Below are positions 1 to 24,058 of a stretch of 64,000 bases of DNA, one piece after another (the stretch's first letter is position 1; each line of letters starts with the position of its first letter). The notes under the pieces are model-generated. The model was not told the origin of the DNA. It searched no databases and worked only from the letters and a program-made list of their open reading frames with translations. The stretch spans positions 3,567,777-3,631,776 of the forward strand of contig BDGG01000004.1 in assembly GCA_001949185.1 (NCBI GenBank), in the 5' to 3' direction. The position numbers and the translations under genes are program-made. The DNA comes from Ramazzottius varieornatus (taxonomy: Eukaryota; Animalia; Tardigrada).

Positions 1-329
1 TCTTCAGTTTTTATTGTCGTTGCGACACTCCACTCTTAAAACATACTTATTTTCTCGTCGCTAGTTTCACCTGTCCAAGAACTCTCACCATCTTGCTCTA
101 CATATAGGCGTTCATCACGCTGTACGGCACGTCGTTAAAAAGTGAAAATCACCTCACCAAAAAATCGAACCAGCCACTTTCTTCGTAGCTAGCTTCATGC
201 AGGAAGTTTCGGGGAAGGACCATTGCTGGATCCAGACTGCAGCTGACATAAGTCAGTGAGATCAAAGAGTCTTTTCCGTGGCTCACCGGAAGTAGTTCTT
301 GGAGCTGCTTCTGTTGTGTGAAGTACGAA

Positions 330-1112
330 TTACTGCAGTTTCATACGACCTCGTGGTTTCTCCAACTCGAACTCTATACTCTTTATCACAGCTTTGGTAT
401 CTTCTTCGGCACTCTTTTCGGCTTCGACGTACATTACACCCTGGGATTTGCTTCCTTTTGCTTTCACCACGAGCTGCAAATTACATAACAAAATCTCTTT
501 GTAAAAAATCTTCGCTCATTTCAGCAAGTTCTCTGCTTGGTTTATATTCCTACCCTGCAAAAGTCTTCGGAAGATACCATACTCTTATCCCCTGCAAGAG
601 ACAAAGCAGACTTACAATTGTTAACCGGGCAAAGGCAAGAACTCCGCGCAACATAATAAGCAGCAACCCTGATTACCAATCTCATGCTTACCAATCTCAA
701 CCCCGAAAACGCGCAGAGGTTCTCCTGCAACAGATAAAGGCCAGTTACTTTGAACAGCAACAGGTTATCCAGAGATCCCCGACGTACAGGTAGCGACCCA
801 CTGGCCATCAAGAGGAACGGGTACGGGTATCTTGGACTACCTAAATAAGACTGTATGTGGGGATTCGCTAGCAGTATTTCCACGGATTCTTTGTAAATGG
901 GCATATCCTCAAAGGTCTCTGCAATCAGAGGAACATCATCTCTGTGCCTCTGTGGTACCCCACAAGACGCATGACAGACAAGAGAAAGGTAGACCAATCC
1001 GTGGTGACTTACTTTTTACTTTGCGTCGCGTGATGGTTCCAAAACTCACTGTCACAATCGCTCCCATTCCCGCTAGCTGCATCAGCTTCCGAGTAAGAGG
1101 GTCAAATTTCAT
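330..1112 (-). CDS. COA1: Cytochrome c oxidase assembly factor 1 homolog (5 exons: 1112-1013, 918-841, 724-692, 591-554, 473-330)
   Basis: Phase-consistent GT-AG splicing gives MKFDPLTRKLMQLAGMGAIVTVSFGTITRRKVKKTFEDMPIYKESVEILLANPHIQSYLGEPLRVFGVEIGDKSMVSSEDFCRLVVKAKGSKSQGVMYVEAEK...LQ*. It has one N-terminal TM followed by Y..(S/A)VE.L..HP....LG.P and GSKS.G.(L/M)YV motifs, as in COA1/Tim21-like proteins. Confidence 0.75.
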
Positions 1113-1475
1113 TCCTGTGGATCGGTTCTCCCGTGTCGCGTTGAACAATGTCTCCAAATATCAATTTCATGCGGTTTGACGGGAAAACGGAAAACTGGAA
1201 AGCCAGAACAACTCGCAGGATGAGAATGTCCCATGTTCAGGCTTTACTGTACCTGACTACTGCACCGCGACGACGTCAGGAGTTACATCACGATCCTCAA
1301 CGGTATGAGTCGGTTGATTGACTTGGACGCAATGTTGATTGGCTCCAGTTTTTCTCCCAGCTGATCGAGGGAATTTTGTAATTTTTCTTTGAAGAAGTCA
1401 TATTTTGGAATTTACTCACCTCCTTCCTCCTCTCTTTAAATCGTCTACCGCAGAAAAGAGCTGACATCCGGTACA

Positions 1476-1824
1476 ATGCAAGGCTCACGCCTGTTTATGG
1501 GAGTGATAGGACGCTGTCGAGCAGGAGGGAAACGTCAGTTTTCCACATCGAAGAAGCGCCTGAGTGGGGATCACGACGATGGCGGAATTGTTGGAGGCGT
1601 AAGTACCTTGTGTCGTTCCCTAGGCTTCAGGTCATGGCTGTGTGATCCAGGACTTAAACCTGGCGTTGGGTTTTTTGCAGAACTTGCCTTTCGACATCCA
1701 CAATCGCTACAAGTTCACCCTACTGTTTACAGCCTTCTTCGGCAGTGGCTTTGGATTGCCCTTCTTGGTTGTTCGTCATCAGCTCCTCAAGAAATCGGTT
1801 GGAGCTGGCACTGCTGACCCCTAA
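1476..1824 (+). CDS. COX7C: Cytochrome c oxidase subunit 7C (exons 1476-1598, 1681-1824)
   Basis: Basic presequence (RQFSTS) followed by GG..G.NLPFDIHNRYKFTLLFTAFFGSGFGLPFLVVRHQLLKK. Phase-0 intron GTAAGT...TTTTGCAG. Confidence 0.95.
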
Positions 1825-4800
1825 ACTGGCTTGTGGTCGAATCTGTATACGCGTTAGCTCTTTGTCTTCGTTCTAACCCATGTTTTTTCGCGTGTTATTT
1901 GTAGAAAATGCTGTGTGTTTGGAAAGTGATGGATCTATACGTCATCACATGACGCTATAAGCTTATTAAATGGTAGCCGCCATCACGTGATCACGGGTTA
2001 ACGATAGAACTGATACTGCGGGAATAAAGTTGACAATTTCGGACCTCCTTCTCGTTCCCGTCTTAAGCTTGTTCGCTTCCTCCAAATGGACGCAGCATCT
2101 TGCGCATGTGTAGCTCACGGCTCTGTTCTCTGGATGGAAACGCGCGTCGCTTTCGTGTGTCGACCGTTTTAGGAATGAATCATATCCTTGTTTACGTGAT
2201 CTGAACTTCATAGCGGTTTGACCATCGACGAAACTCCTGACAGGTACGTGAGCGATTGATATATCAAATAGGAAACGGATTGTGCCTTTCTTGAACGTGA
2301 TGTTTGTAGATGGAACATAGAGTGTCGGGCGCAGGCACAGGCTGTCCATTGAAATGCCCATCGTCTCGTCAACGTGATGGACGTTAGGGCACGCAGCACG
2401 AACTTGTCATCTCCACCGGTGTCGCCTAGGAAAGCAATCTTACAGCGTCTACGGTAATGTAGGATTCTATCAGTACATCACTTTCGTGTCTTGCTGGTAT
2501 ATGATTTCGCTCTTGAGACGCGGATCATATTACAGAGGTGAATGTCGCGCAGACTCTATTAGTTCTTCGCGGCTCCTTGCAGCTCAAGCTAAATTAGCAT
2601 CCTCGCGTCCTCACCGAACTCTTTCGTCATTCTTGAGCTTCGAGATTCGTCACTCCCTGAATCAGGAAGCACTTGGGAAACGAGCGAATGTGAAACGAAG
2701 TAATAAGGTTTCGACAGTGAAGTACTAAGGCTTGTCAGGGTGAGACCACGACCCGCTTTGAGTAGTACAGTACTGACGTGTAGGGTCCTCAAGTATACAA
2801 CACATTCCAGCTGTTTCCACCCCCAAGTACCAGATCTATTTCCAGAAGGCGTTAGCTGCTTCTCGGTAAGGATCTTCACGGTAAAGTAATATCTTCCTCG
2901 ATTTTTAATTCTCTATTGTACATTTTTCTGCTCGACAATAGGGTTCTCTTTTCCAGGTCGTAATCGAACGAGCGGAAGGAATAACGAGTTTGTTGGAAGC
3001 GGCATGGACAGAAAGTACGGCATGACCTGCTTTGACTCGCTCCGACAGGATGACAGGAAGAAGGAGGCATTTCCGATTGTCATATTCATTTACTGTGAAA
3101 AACAGGACGGGCGCAGTTGAAGGGTGCGGTAGGGTGCAGGTATGGATCCGGAAAGTCCCGCGCAGCATGGGCAGATATCGATATTTTCATAGGGCGTCTG
3201 TATGTGGGGAGAGGTCGATCTGGAGCAGATTTTCCAGTAGTAATTGGTTCCTTGCGTGTCATTACAGGTCTATAGCTACTTGAGTGGAGGTGAATCAATA
3301 GGGACGTATGGAATGTATCAGAAGACGAGAGGACGATAATGAATTGATTTGTTCGGCAAACAGATAACAGCCTGGGCACGACGTAACGTTAGACAGCCTC
3401 GTCGACCTTTTCACCAACACCCACTTCAAGCATCATTGTGTGTAACCTCTGTCAATACGTTTTACAAAGATTTATTGAATATTCTCTTTTAGAATGGAAC
3501 CAGATTGAATTTGTGTATGCACCTCTACAAGTTATGAACGATGGTTGGAACTAGTGCATCTTTTGGGCGGATCCCAAATACCGCGCATGTATTCCATCCA
3601 TTGCTCATAATTATCAGAAATTTGCAATTAACCGCACCGGGAATCATTTTAGTAGGTTGGTAGGAGGCTCCTAGCGTCCCCTCGCAGGTTAAATGATGTG
3701 CTGAAGACAATCACAATTTGGGTAATCCCAAAGGCAGAAACGTTTCCGTAAGTCACCTCTGTCATAAATCCACAATCGGACCGGGAGTTTTCTAGTTAAC
3801 CCTGGCAGGATAACCGTTGACAACCGCATGAAAGAGCTTTTGTGTGAGTCGAACTACAGTGTTCCTTACTTAGTCCCAATTTCTGTGCCGGCTGGACGAG
3901 GTGCTTTGTCCTTTTCGGGTCGTAACTGAAGACCTTTTGATTATGAAGGCTTGCGTCAGGGCGTTATGTTCTCTAACCTGAGTATCTGACCCTTCACTAC
4001 CTATCGACCGGCTTTCCTATCAATATTTGTCCCTTCCTCTCTCGATCCTCCTGTGCACGCCAAAAGCACAGCGTCCCGAAAGCGCCCTGGAAAAGGGCCG
4101 TCGCGCGTTAAATTTCTACCGATTGGCACGCACGTATTATCATTTCTGGCATGTTATCAAACCTTGTTAGACCTTAGAGAATGCATGAGAAATTATGGAA
4201 AAAGGAGGTGGTACGGTCACCTTTCCTGTGCACCTTTCGAGCTTCAGTCGCCGAACCAAATAAAATCGACGTGTATTGATTTTCCTCAATGCTCTTTCCA
4301 GCCCACCTGTCGGGTATTTTATGACGGAAAATCGCTCTACCTCGCCGGCGAGCGGCACCTTGACTATGCAGATAAAAGGCCTCAACAACACCGCAGAAGG
4401 AATTCCCTCCTATCTTGTCTTCCCAGCAAAAATATTCCATACAGTCCGGCTCTGATGTACGGTGAAAGGTGTGCCGAAGAGGGACAAATTCCATTTGTTC
4501 GGAAGGCGCCAGTTTCAAGTACCAATCTACCGCGTTGAAGTCATCGTACCAATTTTACGACAAATTGATGAAGTCGTAAATCCATCAGAAACAATATCAG
4601 CTGCAAGACAGCCATTCTAGATGACAACATGTTTGACCAGACAATACATGACTAATAAATAATAAAACAGATATGGGTATTCGCGTTCGGCATTTCGGTG
4701 AACTTTACCCGGGACCTGTGAGAGACTCGGCACCTCCCGCCTCGTAAGAAGACTTCGGAATGAAATTAAGACAAAAGTGCGATTTTTTCCATCTTGAAGC

Positions 4801-5496
4801 TTTTCTTAGTTTGTCATCGACGTTCAGGCCCTCATCGAACTTATTCCATTTCTTACACAATACGGCTCATTAAGATCGATTGATGAGCATCTACAAGATT
4901 TGTAAAATAAGGAAAATACAAATATGGTCATTATGCCGGATATTGAAGCAACGATGATTTTATGAATCAACTGCACCACAGAAGATACTGGACAGTGGTC
5001 AACACCTCTGCGGTGATACTTAATGCGGATTGGTAGGATGGGCGGGGCGATGTTATTCAGAGATTACCGGGCAGAGAACAGAGAGGGCCGCGTATGAGTC
5101 AGTGTGTACGTCTGTCTGTATCCGCGTATCCGCAAACAGGGGGAGAAATATTTAGCCGGCAGAGAAATCATTTGAATTTCTCATCGCGGATATTGCAAGA
5201 GTGCTGTCATGTCCAGCAGCTGCTCTCACTTGTTCGTGCCGCCGGAGAAACAGGAGACTTCTCCCAGGATGCGTACAGGTATCCCCTTGATGCACCTTCC
5301 GGCTCTGCTGACCACGTCCTGCTGACTGACCAAAGAAGGTTGTTTGTCGATCCGTGGCGCAAGTGGGAATGTTGTTGGATTAATTTAATTCCTCCGCGAA
5401 AAGTTCGCAATGTTGTTACGGCGCTTGAAGGAGCTTTTTTGTTATTTTGCACCATGCATCGGACTATCCCGTTACTCATCCGTCTGCAGGACCTTC

Positions 5497-17875
<12,379 letters not shown>

Positions 17876-18762
17876 GCTAACCTGCAGCCTTCTTCACCCG
17901 TGACTGGATAAAGAGATTAACCTTCAAGTTCCTGCATGTCGCGCCACCCCCCGAGAGAAAGAATAGAGAATACTAGTCTAGTTCCTCAATTCCTCGTTTA
18001 TGTTTCTGGCATGGTCTCACATTGACATGTTGACACCTTCTTCTTCTTCTTTTACCATAGCCGTGTTGGAGTTTTATCCCAAAGTTTGCTCCACTCTAGT
18101 ACTGCCAATTGGCTGGTCTGTCACATGATACAGTCCCGGGCCGACATTGCGATATGACTTCTCTCCCAACTTTACTTTCTAGTCTTACCTTCTTGTTCTT
18201 AATCTGCATTTCGTAAGCGTGTGCATGTGCGACTTCTGTTGTTTTCTTGCCGTTTGAAGCAATGTTCTGCTGGTGAGAAGTGAAGGGCCTCTTTGACTTC
18301 TCACCTCGTCAGTTGCGTATGGACACTAGCTGATCCATAGAGACTTTTTTAACCTGTCATACCTGATTAGATACAACTCACTGGTCACAAAATAAACCAC
18401 GTCAGCTGAAACAAGGCTGCGGTATGTAGATTTATTCCAAAGAAATTCCGACCTTCATGAAAACAAGAAATAATTTACGGAACCGGAAGTACTATTACAG
18501 TACTCGTACAATACTCGAAATAACGAGCCAACCTGAGGATTTTAGAGTGAAGAACAACAAAGCCTGACAGAAAATTGAGAACATCAAAAGATTGCTCGTG
18601 ATACGCCGGGCTGTGCAGAAAGTGGCACGAAGTAAGCTACTCTTAAGTCTCAACGATAATACTCACAATAAAACACACGAACAACGTGACGAAATTTACG
18701 GAGAGAGAAAACTCTCCGTAAGTTTCGTCGCTGCGATGCTGTTATAAAAAGATTACATTGAT

Positions 18763-21700
18763 CTACTTCAAGAAGATCCAGGCACCTCCACAAAAGCAAG
18801 TGCTCCACCGGTGTCGCATATGACTATGCCAAGTGCCCGTATATTCTGGAGTTGGACGCCAAGGGAAACTGTAAAAACACCGACTGCAATACTTGCGCTT
18901 TGATGGTCGCAGGTTGAACGTGTCCGTGTCTGGTTCACCAGTCGCCACTACAGCTCTGTCGTTCGAATGGTCCGAATGATGAGAGGGGAGGAAACTGTAG
19001 GACCACGTATAGTGCATCCATCTCAGACTTTCTTGGGTCGATGGGTTGGTGACAGAAGAAGCCCGAGGTTCAGCTTGCTGGAAGGTCCGTTCCCATTCGT
19101 GGTACGTGGACTTGCTCCTCAAGTTGGCTTCGTCCAATCTGTCATTGAACAAAAAAATATTTATCAATATATAAAGTTCGCATTTGAGCTGTTGTGTGCC
19201 ACACAGAAAATTCGAATATAAATTCCTTTTTATTCAAATACTGTAAATATTCGCTGCGTTCGCGTATTACGTTATCGTACAAGTGAAGTACAGCCCCGGT
19301 CCGGTTTCACGGAATGCGCAACCCCCTACGGGGGTGCATCGTCATGTACGTGTACGTACTGCGCGGACGCAGCGAATATTTACAGTATTTTCAAACTTCT
19401 CTCGAAAGTATCTTTCTTCGTTGCGCACCTGTCAGTGATGGTTATCGTCCAGTCTTGTGCTGAATCCCCATCGACGTCCATCAAAAGCGTAACAATCCCA
19501 AATAGAATTTCTATAACATTTTGACCGGGTCCCGCGAAGGTCGAACGAGTGAAGAACTGCCTCAAACTAGGAATGCTAGAGGCCCACACATACACTAGCG
19601 ACAAAATGGCTCGGAGTTTCGGCAACTCTTCCCTTAGAAGACTGAGTAACTGAGGCTCTCTGCTAACAAGCTCCAACAAGGAAACTATTTCGTGGAGTAT
19701 GACGTGGAAGCCAGCTAGCAGCAGGCGAAGGACGTCACTGCCCAACAGGAAGTTGGACCGTATCAGGGTTGATACTTGCTCCAGTGTAGACTCGGGATTC
19801 CGGATGGCGGACCAGTACTCTGTCAGCTGGAACATGGAGGATTCGCTCCGGGAAGCAGCGTTGCGCATGTCGATGTACTGCTCCATGTAGACAAGGACGG
19901 CGTCGTAGAGGAGAGACTGAAGAGGTACAAAGGAGGCTAGTCGACCTTCTGTCTTCTCGGAAAGGCTTGACTTTAGCCTTTGGTAGCGGGTCGAACAGAT
20001 CTTCTTCTTGGACGGAGAAAGGTTCGCGTAAAGCGTTTCTAGTTTCTGCACAGTGAAGGAATAAGATCTAACAGCTTCTAGGTTCTTCCCTAAAATGTCT
20101 AGGAGCTCGGCGAACACACTGTGCAAGATCGTTTTCCCAAGTGGCGCATGTTGTCGGCTAATGATGGTGAAAAAGGGCGCCACTTGGGAACTCGTCCAGT
20201 TTACTTGCCAACCACTCAAATATTTTTCTGTCTGAGATAAAAATGAATGCATTCTTGGAAGTTTTTTTTCGTGAAGTAGATCTGTAAATTTGCCCAGACA
20301 CGCAGGCGGAATTTTTTTACGACACAAACATAGCGAGGACAACTTACTTGTGTGGCAGGACCGAGCTGTTCTACGGGCAAAGCGCCTATCAGGTCCGAGC
20401 AATCCAGTTCGGCCGTCAAGAACACTTCCAGCATATCGTCCACCTTGGCTATTGGCCACAGCGTCACCGGAAGTGCCACGACCCACAACCGGCATGCAGA
20501 GTCCACCATGTAAGTAAGGCATCCGTTAGCGCTGGTCACGAAAGCGACAGCTTCCGGAAGGACCAGACTCTTCTTCGTGCCATTTCTGCCTCGTGTATAC
20601 TGCGGAGCTTGCAATGGACTCACTTGGCCAGTTTCGAAAATGGTCACTTCTAGGCCCAGTTTGATGGTGAACAAGGAAATGGTCCCACCACGTAGAGCCA
20701 CAGATACTGCAAGACAGAAATGAGGAGTAACTCGAATTCTATTTCGTCGTTGAAGACCCGAGTAAACAAACTTGACAAGATCATTTCTCCAAGTGGCGCA
20801 CGCTTTCAGTCACTAGCACTGAAGACGCGTGTCTTTTCGGAAAACGATTCTGTAGAGTAGGTTTGCCGAGCTCCCATTAAGCTATTATTCCTAGAAAAAT
20901 CGGTTCAGCCGAAAAAAAACATCTGTTTAATATTCTTACCTGTAAAAAATATGTCAATGTCGCTCGTCAGAAATCTGTCGGGTGCCAAAGTCCAGCACTG
21001 GAAGCTGTCGGGAAGTTCCTGCGCACCCATCAGCGACCAGGTTGGTTTGTCGGAGGGGACGATGGCGGGGTCATCCAGGAGACTTCTCTGGCTGTCACTC
21101 GAGCTCAGTTCCCATAGCTCAATGTAGTCTTGTTCGGACGTTTTCGTAGCCGACAAGAGAAACTTGATTTTTGCGGAAATGATCAACTTGAGAGAAACGA
21201 CATTATTTCTCGTGTGAAGTTTCGTGGCGGTTTCTATATTCAGCGAACGGAAACTGGATATCCCTTCTGTAAAAATTCGTGAGTTATTTGTTCCGAATGA
21301 GAGATTGTTCTCCGGAAAAGTGAACGTGACTGAAACCACGTCCGGGTTGGTCGGACTGGCTAGCACAACGACGAAGCACTGTTCGTCGAAGTCATAAACT
21401 GCGTCAGCTGCGTTGAAGTCGTTCTCGACGCCTTCGATCGAACCTTTCCACGCCACGAACTCAGACTTGTCTTCTTCCCTTTCATTATGAACAATATCGA
21501 CGAGAACGACTTCGCCTGTCCGGGAAACCACGAAGAAACCGTTGTTGTGCTCGCTGTTCTGACTTTCCGAAGAAAGGGAGATTTTCGGTCGGTCAGGTAC
21601 ATCGAAGTACGACTTTTCCGATGATTGGTCAGGGCAGTAGACGAAGGTGGTGAGAGGCAGCGTCCACAATGCGTGGACAATGGGACTTGAGGTGACTCTG

Positions 21701-22493
21701 GCCTTGTTGATGAGTTTCCAGGAGTTGAGTGCGGAATGTTTAGAAGCTATGACGAAACAAAAGAGGTCTGTACAGAGGAGGAGGCGATCGCCACAGGGAC
21801 TCCACGAGACGATGGAGATTTCACCGGGGACATCAAAGACCGGAAACAACCTCCAAGGACGCTCTGAATCACAACAGTAGACCGTGGAGGGTCTTCCTGA
21901 AGTTACTGCGTTGGCTTGTCTATTCGCCGTCGACGCTCCGCCTTTTCGCAAATCCTATGAAGAAATAGTCTAAAGCACCCCAGAGAGTCTCTGGCACGAC
22001 ATTATGTAAGTATGTCCAACTCGTGTTTGGTCGATCATATAGTTCCACGAAAAATATTCAAACATCTCAAACCAGGCAAAAGACACAAAAGTTACGTCCA
22101 CATAGCATGGGGAAGTCAAGTTACCACAAAATGTCTTTTGCGCGAAGGTTTGTCGAGAGGAGGTGGCCAGGAACTCTCTACATCACTTCCGGTTGGTTTC
22201 GCCGTGTGCCGCGAGTCCTCTTTCTTGATAACTCCGCTGGTGACCAATGCCAGTGTATTTCTGCAGGAGACAGCACATCGCGAGACGGTTCTAACAGGGT
22301 GCGCCAGATCAGGCGAGACAGCAAACAGGCATCTGGCTTTCGGGTGGACCACATCGTCGACTATCCGGACATCTGGCACACTCTGCAGCGATTCCCGTAG
22401 CTCAGGCGCTGGCGGTGTTCCGACATCCTGTACCTCTGGAAGGTCGTCCGACAACATGAGCACTTTCTCGTCGAAGAGAGGCGAAGATGACAT
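18763..22493 (-). CDS. MED16: Mediator subunit 16 (exons 22493-22125, 21954-20940, 20706-20348, 20045-19429, 19138-18763)
   Basis: N-terminal SCRN.LA motif, WD-like WSPCGDRLL segment, and the C-terminal CSRC...RW..CFCGGAW signature of MED16. Splice phases checked. Confidence 0.85.
19241..19385. mobile_element. 145-bp MITE, Tc1/mariner-type (TA-flanked), in the last MED16 intron
   Basis: TIRs CTGTAAATATTCGCTGCGT / ACGCAGCGAATATTTACAG, flanked by TA at 19239-40 and 19386-87. Internal CCCCC-TAC-GGGGG hairpin. Confidence 0.8.
20100..20218. mobile_element. Family A palindromic element (MED16 intron 3)
   Basis: GGAGCTCGGCGAAC...CAAGATCGTTTTCCCAAGTGGCGC-N29-GCGCCACTTGGGAA. Confidence 0.8.
20752..20876. 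mobile_element. Family A palindromic element (MED16 intron 2)
   Basis: GACAAGATCATTTCTCCAAGTGGCGCAC...GGAAAACGAT...GTTTGCCGAGCTCCCA. Confidence 0.8.
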
Positions 22494-23188
22494 GCCATCG
22501 AATGCACACCAACTTACAAACCCGAGGATGCCTGCAACATATCCATCAGCTGACCGGAAGTGGGCCTTTGAGATGAGCCTTTCCTTCACATAAGCTCACT
22601 TATCTGGACCGTCTCGCAGTTTTGATAAACCAGCTCCCGAAAGTCTGGCAATCTCTGACAAGCTCGCATCAGCAAGGATGGAACGCGCAATGAGGAGGGG
22701 AAGACCACTGGGTGCAATATAATATTCAATTGGCAGCAATGCCTAGTTTCTGCAGGTCTGTCTGCAGATCACGCTACTCGCTCCAAGGCTCCATTCCAAC
22801 TTTCCAGGCTAAGAAGAACATCCTTCCTTCCTCGATGAATACTTAACTGACTCATTTGAAAAGTAAGATAGCTGACGAGGAAGCTGGTAGCTGAGGGAAT
22901 AAGCTCTTTGCATGAACAACACTGCCAGCGCGCGCTGGACGTGGCAGTGGCACTCGATCAAGGACGATGTCATGTCACAAGCGAAAGGCTGTCTGATGTA
23001 CGTTACTCGTGTCATGTCATATTTCCCTGGCCTAAGCTTCCTGATGTCAATCAAGCAAGAAACTGACTTTGCTACTCTTGATTTTACTTCCGGGGCTCCC
23101 TGATCCAGACTGATTCCAGAGTCCTGACTGAAAGTGGACTTGCTGCGAAGCCAAAACGGAACAAACCGATTTCAAGCGCATTTTTTAT

Positions 23189-23371
23189 GTGCAAACAGGA
23201 AGTGAATTTGAGGAAGTGCAAAAGTGCATAAAAGGGTGCAAAGGGCAAAGAGTGCAGAAGGGTGCGGAAGTGCAAGGAAATTTCAACCTGGAAACAAGAT
23301 GCAAACTAGAACTAGAAAAAGAAAACTAGAGTACACAGGTCCAGACTGGAGGTGCAGTGAGTGCAGGTGCA
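23189..23371 (-). repeat. Cluster of TGCAC pentamers downstream of the Gly/Trp peptide stop codon
   Basis: Nine exact GTGCA on the + strand (23189, 23216, 23224, 23236, 23252, 23270, 23352, 23361, 23367) plus near-matches. Confidence 0.75.
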
Positions 23372-23515
23372 GATAAACCTTCACGTCCATGCAGAGTCTT
23401 CATCCATCCATGCAGAAGGAAGGGATCCGCGATCACCGGGAGGACGCCAAAGGAACAAGGGAGAGAGAGGAAGGAAAAAGGAAGTATCTAGACTAATCCG
23501 AAGAACCAGGACAGC

Positions 23516-23829
23516 TCACTTGCGCCAGCCACCCCAGCCTCCCCATCCACCTCTACTGCAAGACAAAAGACACCGTCAGCCCACCATACACTAAAACCAG
23601 CCAAGCTGGCAAGGTAGGAAGCAGCGAAGGGACCCGGAAGTCCAGCTTACCCTCCCCAGCCTCCCCAACCGCCTCCCCATCCTCCCCAGCCGCCTCCCCA
23701 TCCTCCATCACCCCATCCTCCCCAACCGCCTCCCCAACCGCCTCCCCATCCACCACCGCCGGCTTGTATGACAGGAGCAAAGGCTGCCGCGACGAGCAGA
23801 ATGGAAAGGAAGATCGTCCACGAAGACAT
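23516..23829 (-). CDS. Secreted Gly/Trp-rich peptide, 72 aa (exons 23829-23651, 23555-23516)
   Basis: Signal peptide MSSWTIFLSILLVAAAFAPVIQA followed by (G2-4W)12 ending WRK*. The ATG directly follows a TTCTTGCAG acceptor. Intron GTAAGC...TTGCAG is in phase 2. TATAAAAG lies upstream. The 3' end may be spliced differently (possible GTGAGC donor overlapping the stop). Confidence 0.8.
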
Positions 23830-24050
23830 CTGCAAGAAAAGAAGACCTCTTAGGATACAGCAAGGCAAAAGACAGAACCGGGAAGAACCAGAAAAGGGCT
23901 ACGAAGAACCAGGATAAGAAAGGAGGATACCCACGTTGAATGTGGATGGTCCCAACCAGGAAGGAGGAAAACCTGGATAACCGAGAAAGGATAAGATGAG
24001 CACTTTGCTGCACAAGACAGACTGGCGAGTTTTCCAGCAAGAAGAGGCTG

Positions 24051-24058
24051 CTTTTATA
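24051..24058 (-). promoter_or_regulatory. TATA box of the Gly/Trp peptide gene
   Basis: TATAAAAG on the minus strand ~220 nt upstream of the ATG, with room for a short non-coding first exon and an intron. Confidence 0.6.

Noticed and set aside
2400-3480. Chain of plausible + strand splice signals (possible small gene or lncRNA)
   Set aside because: The putative exons have stops in all frames and no recognisable motif. It cannot be supported without transcripts.
19380-20522. 380-aa ORF reading through a family A element, suggesting exonisation
   Set aside because: Canonical splice sites (20347 donor, 20046 acceptor) join MED16 exons in phase. The open frame across the intron differs from the upstream exon's frame and looks fortuitous.
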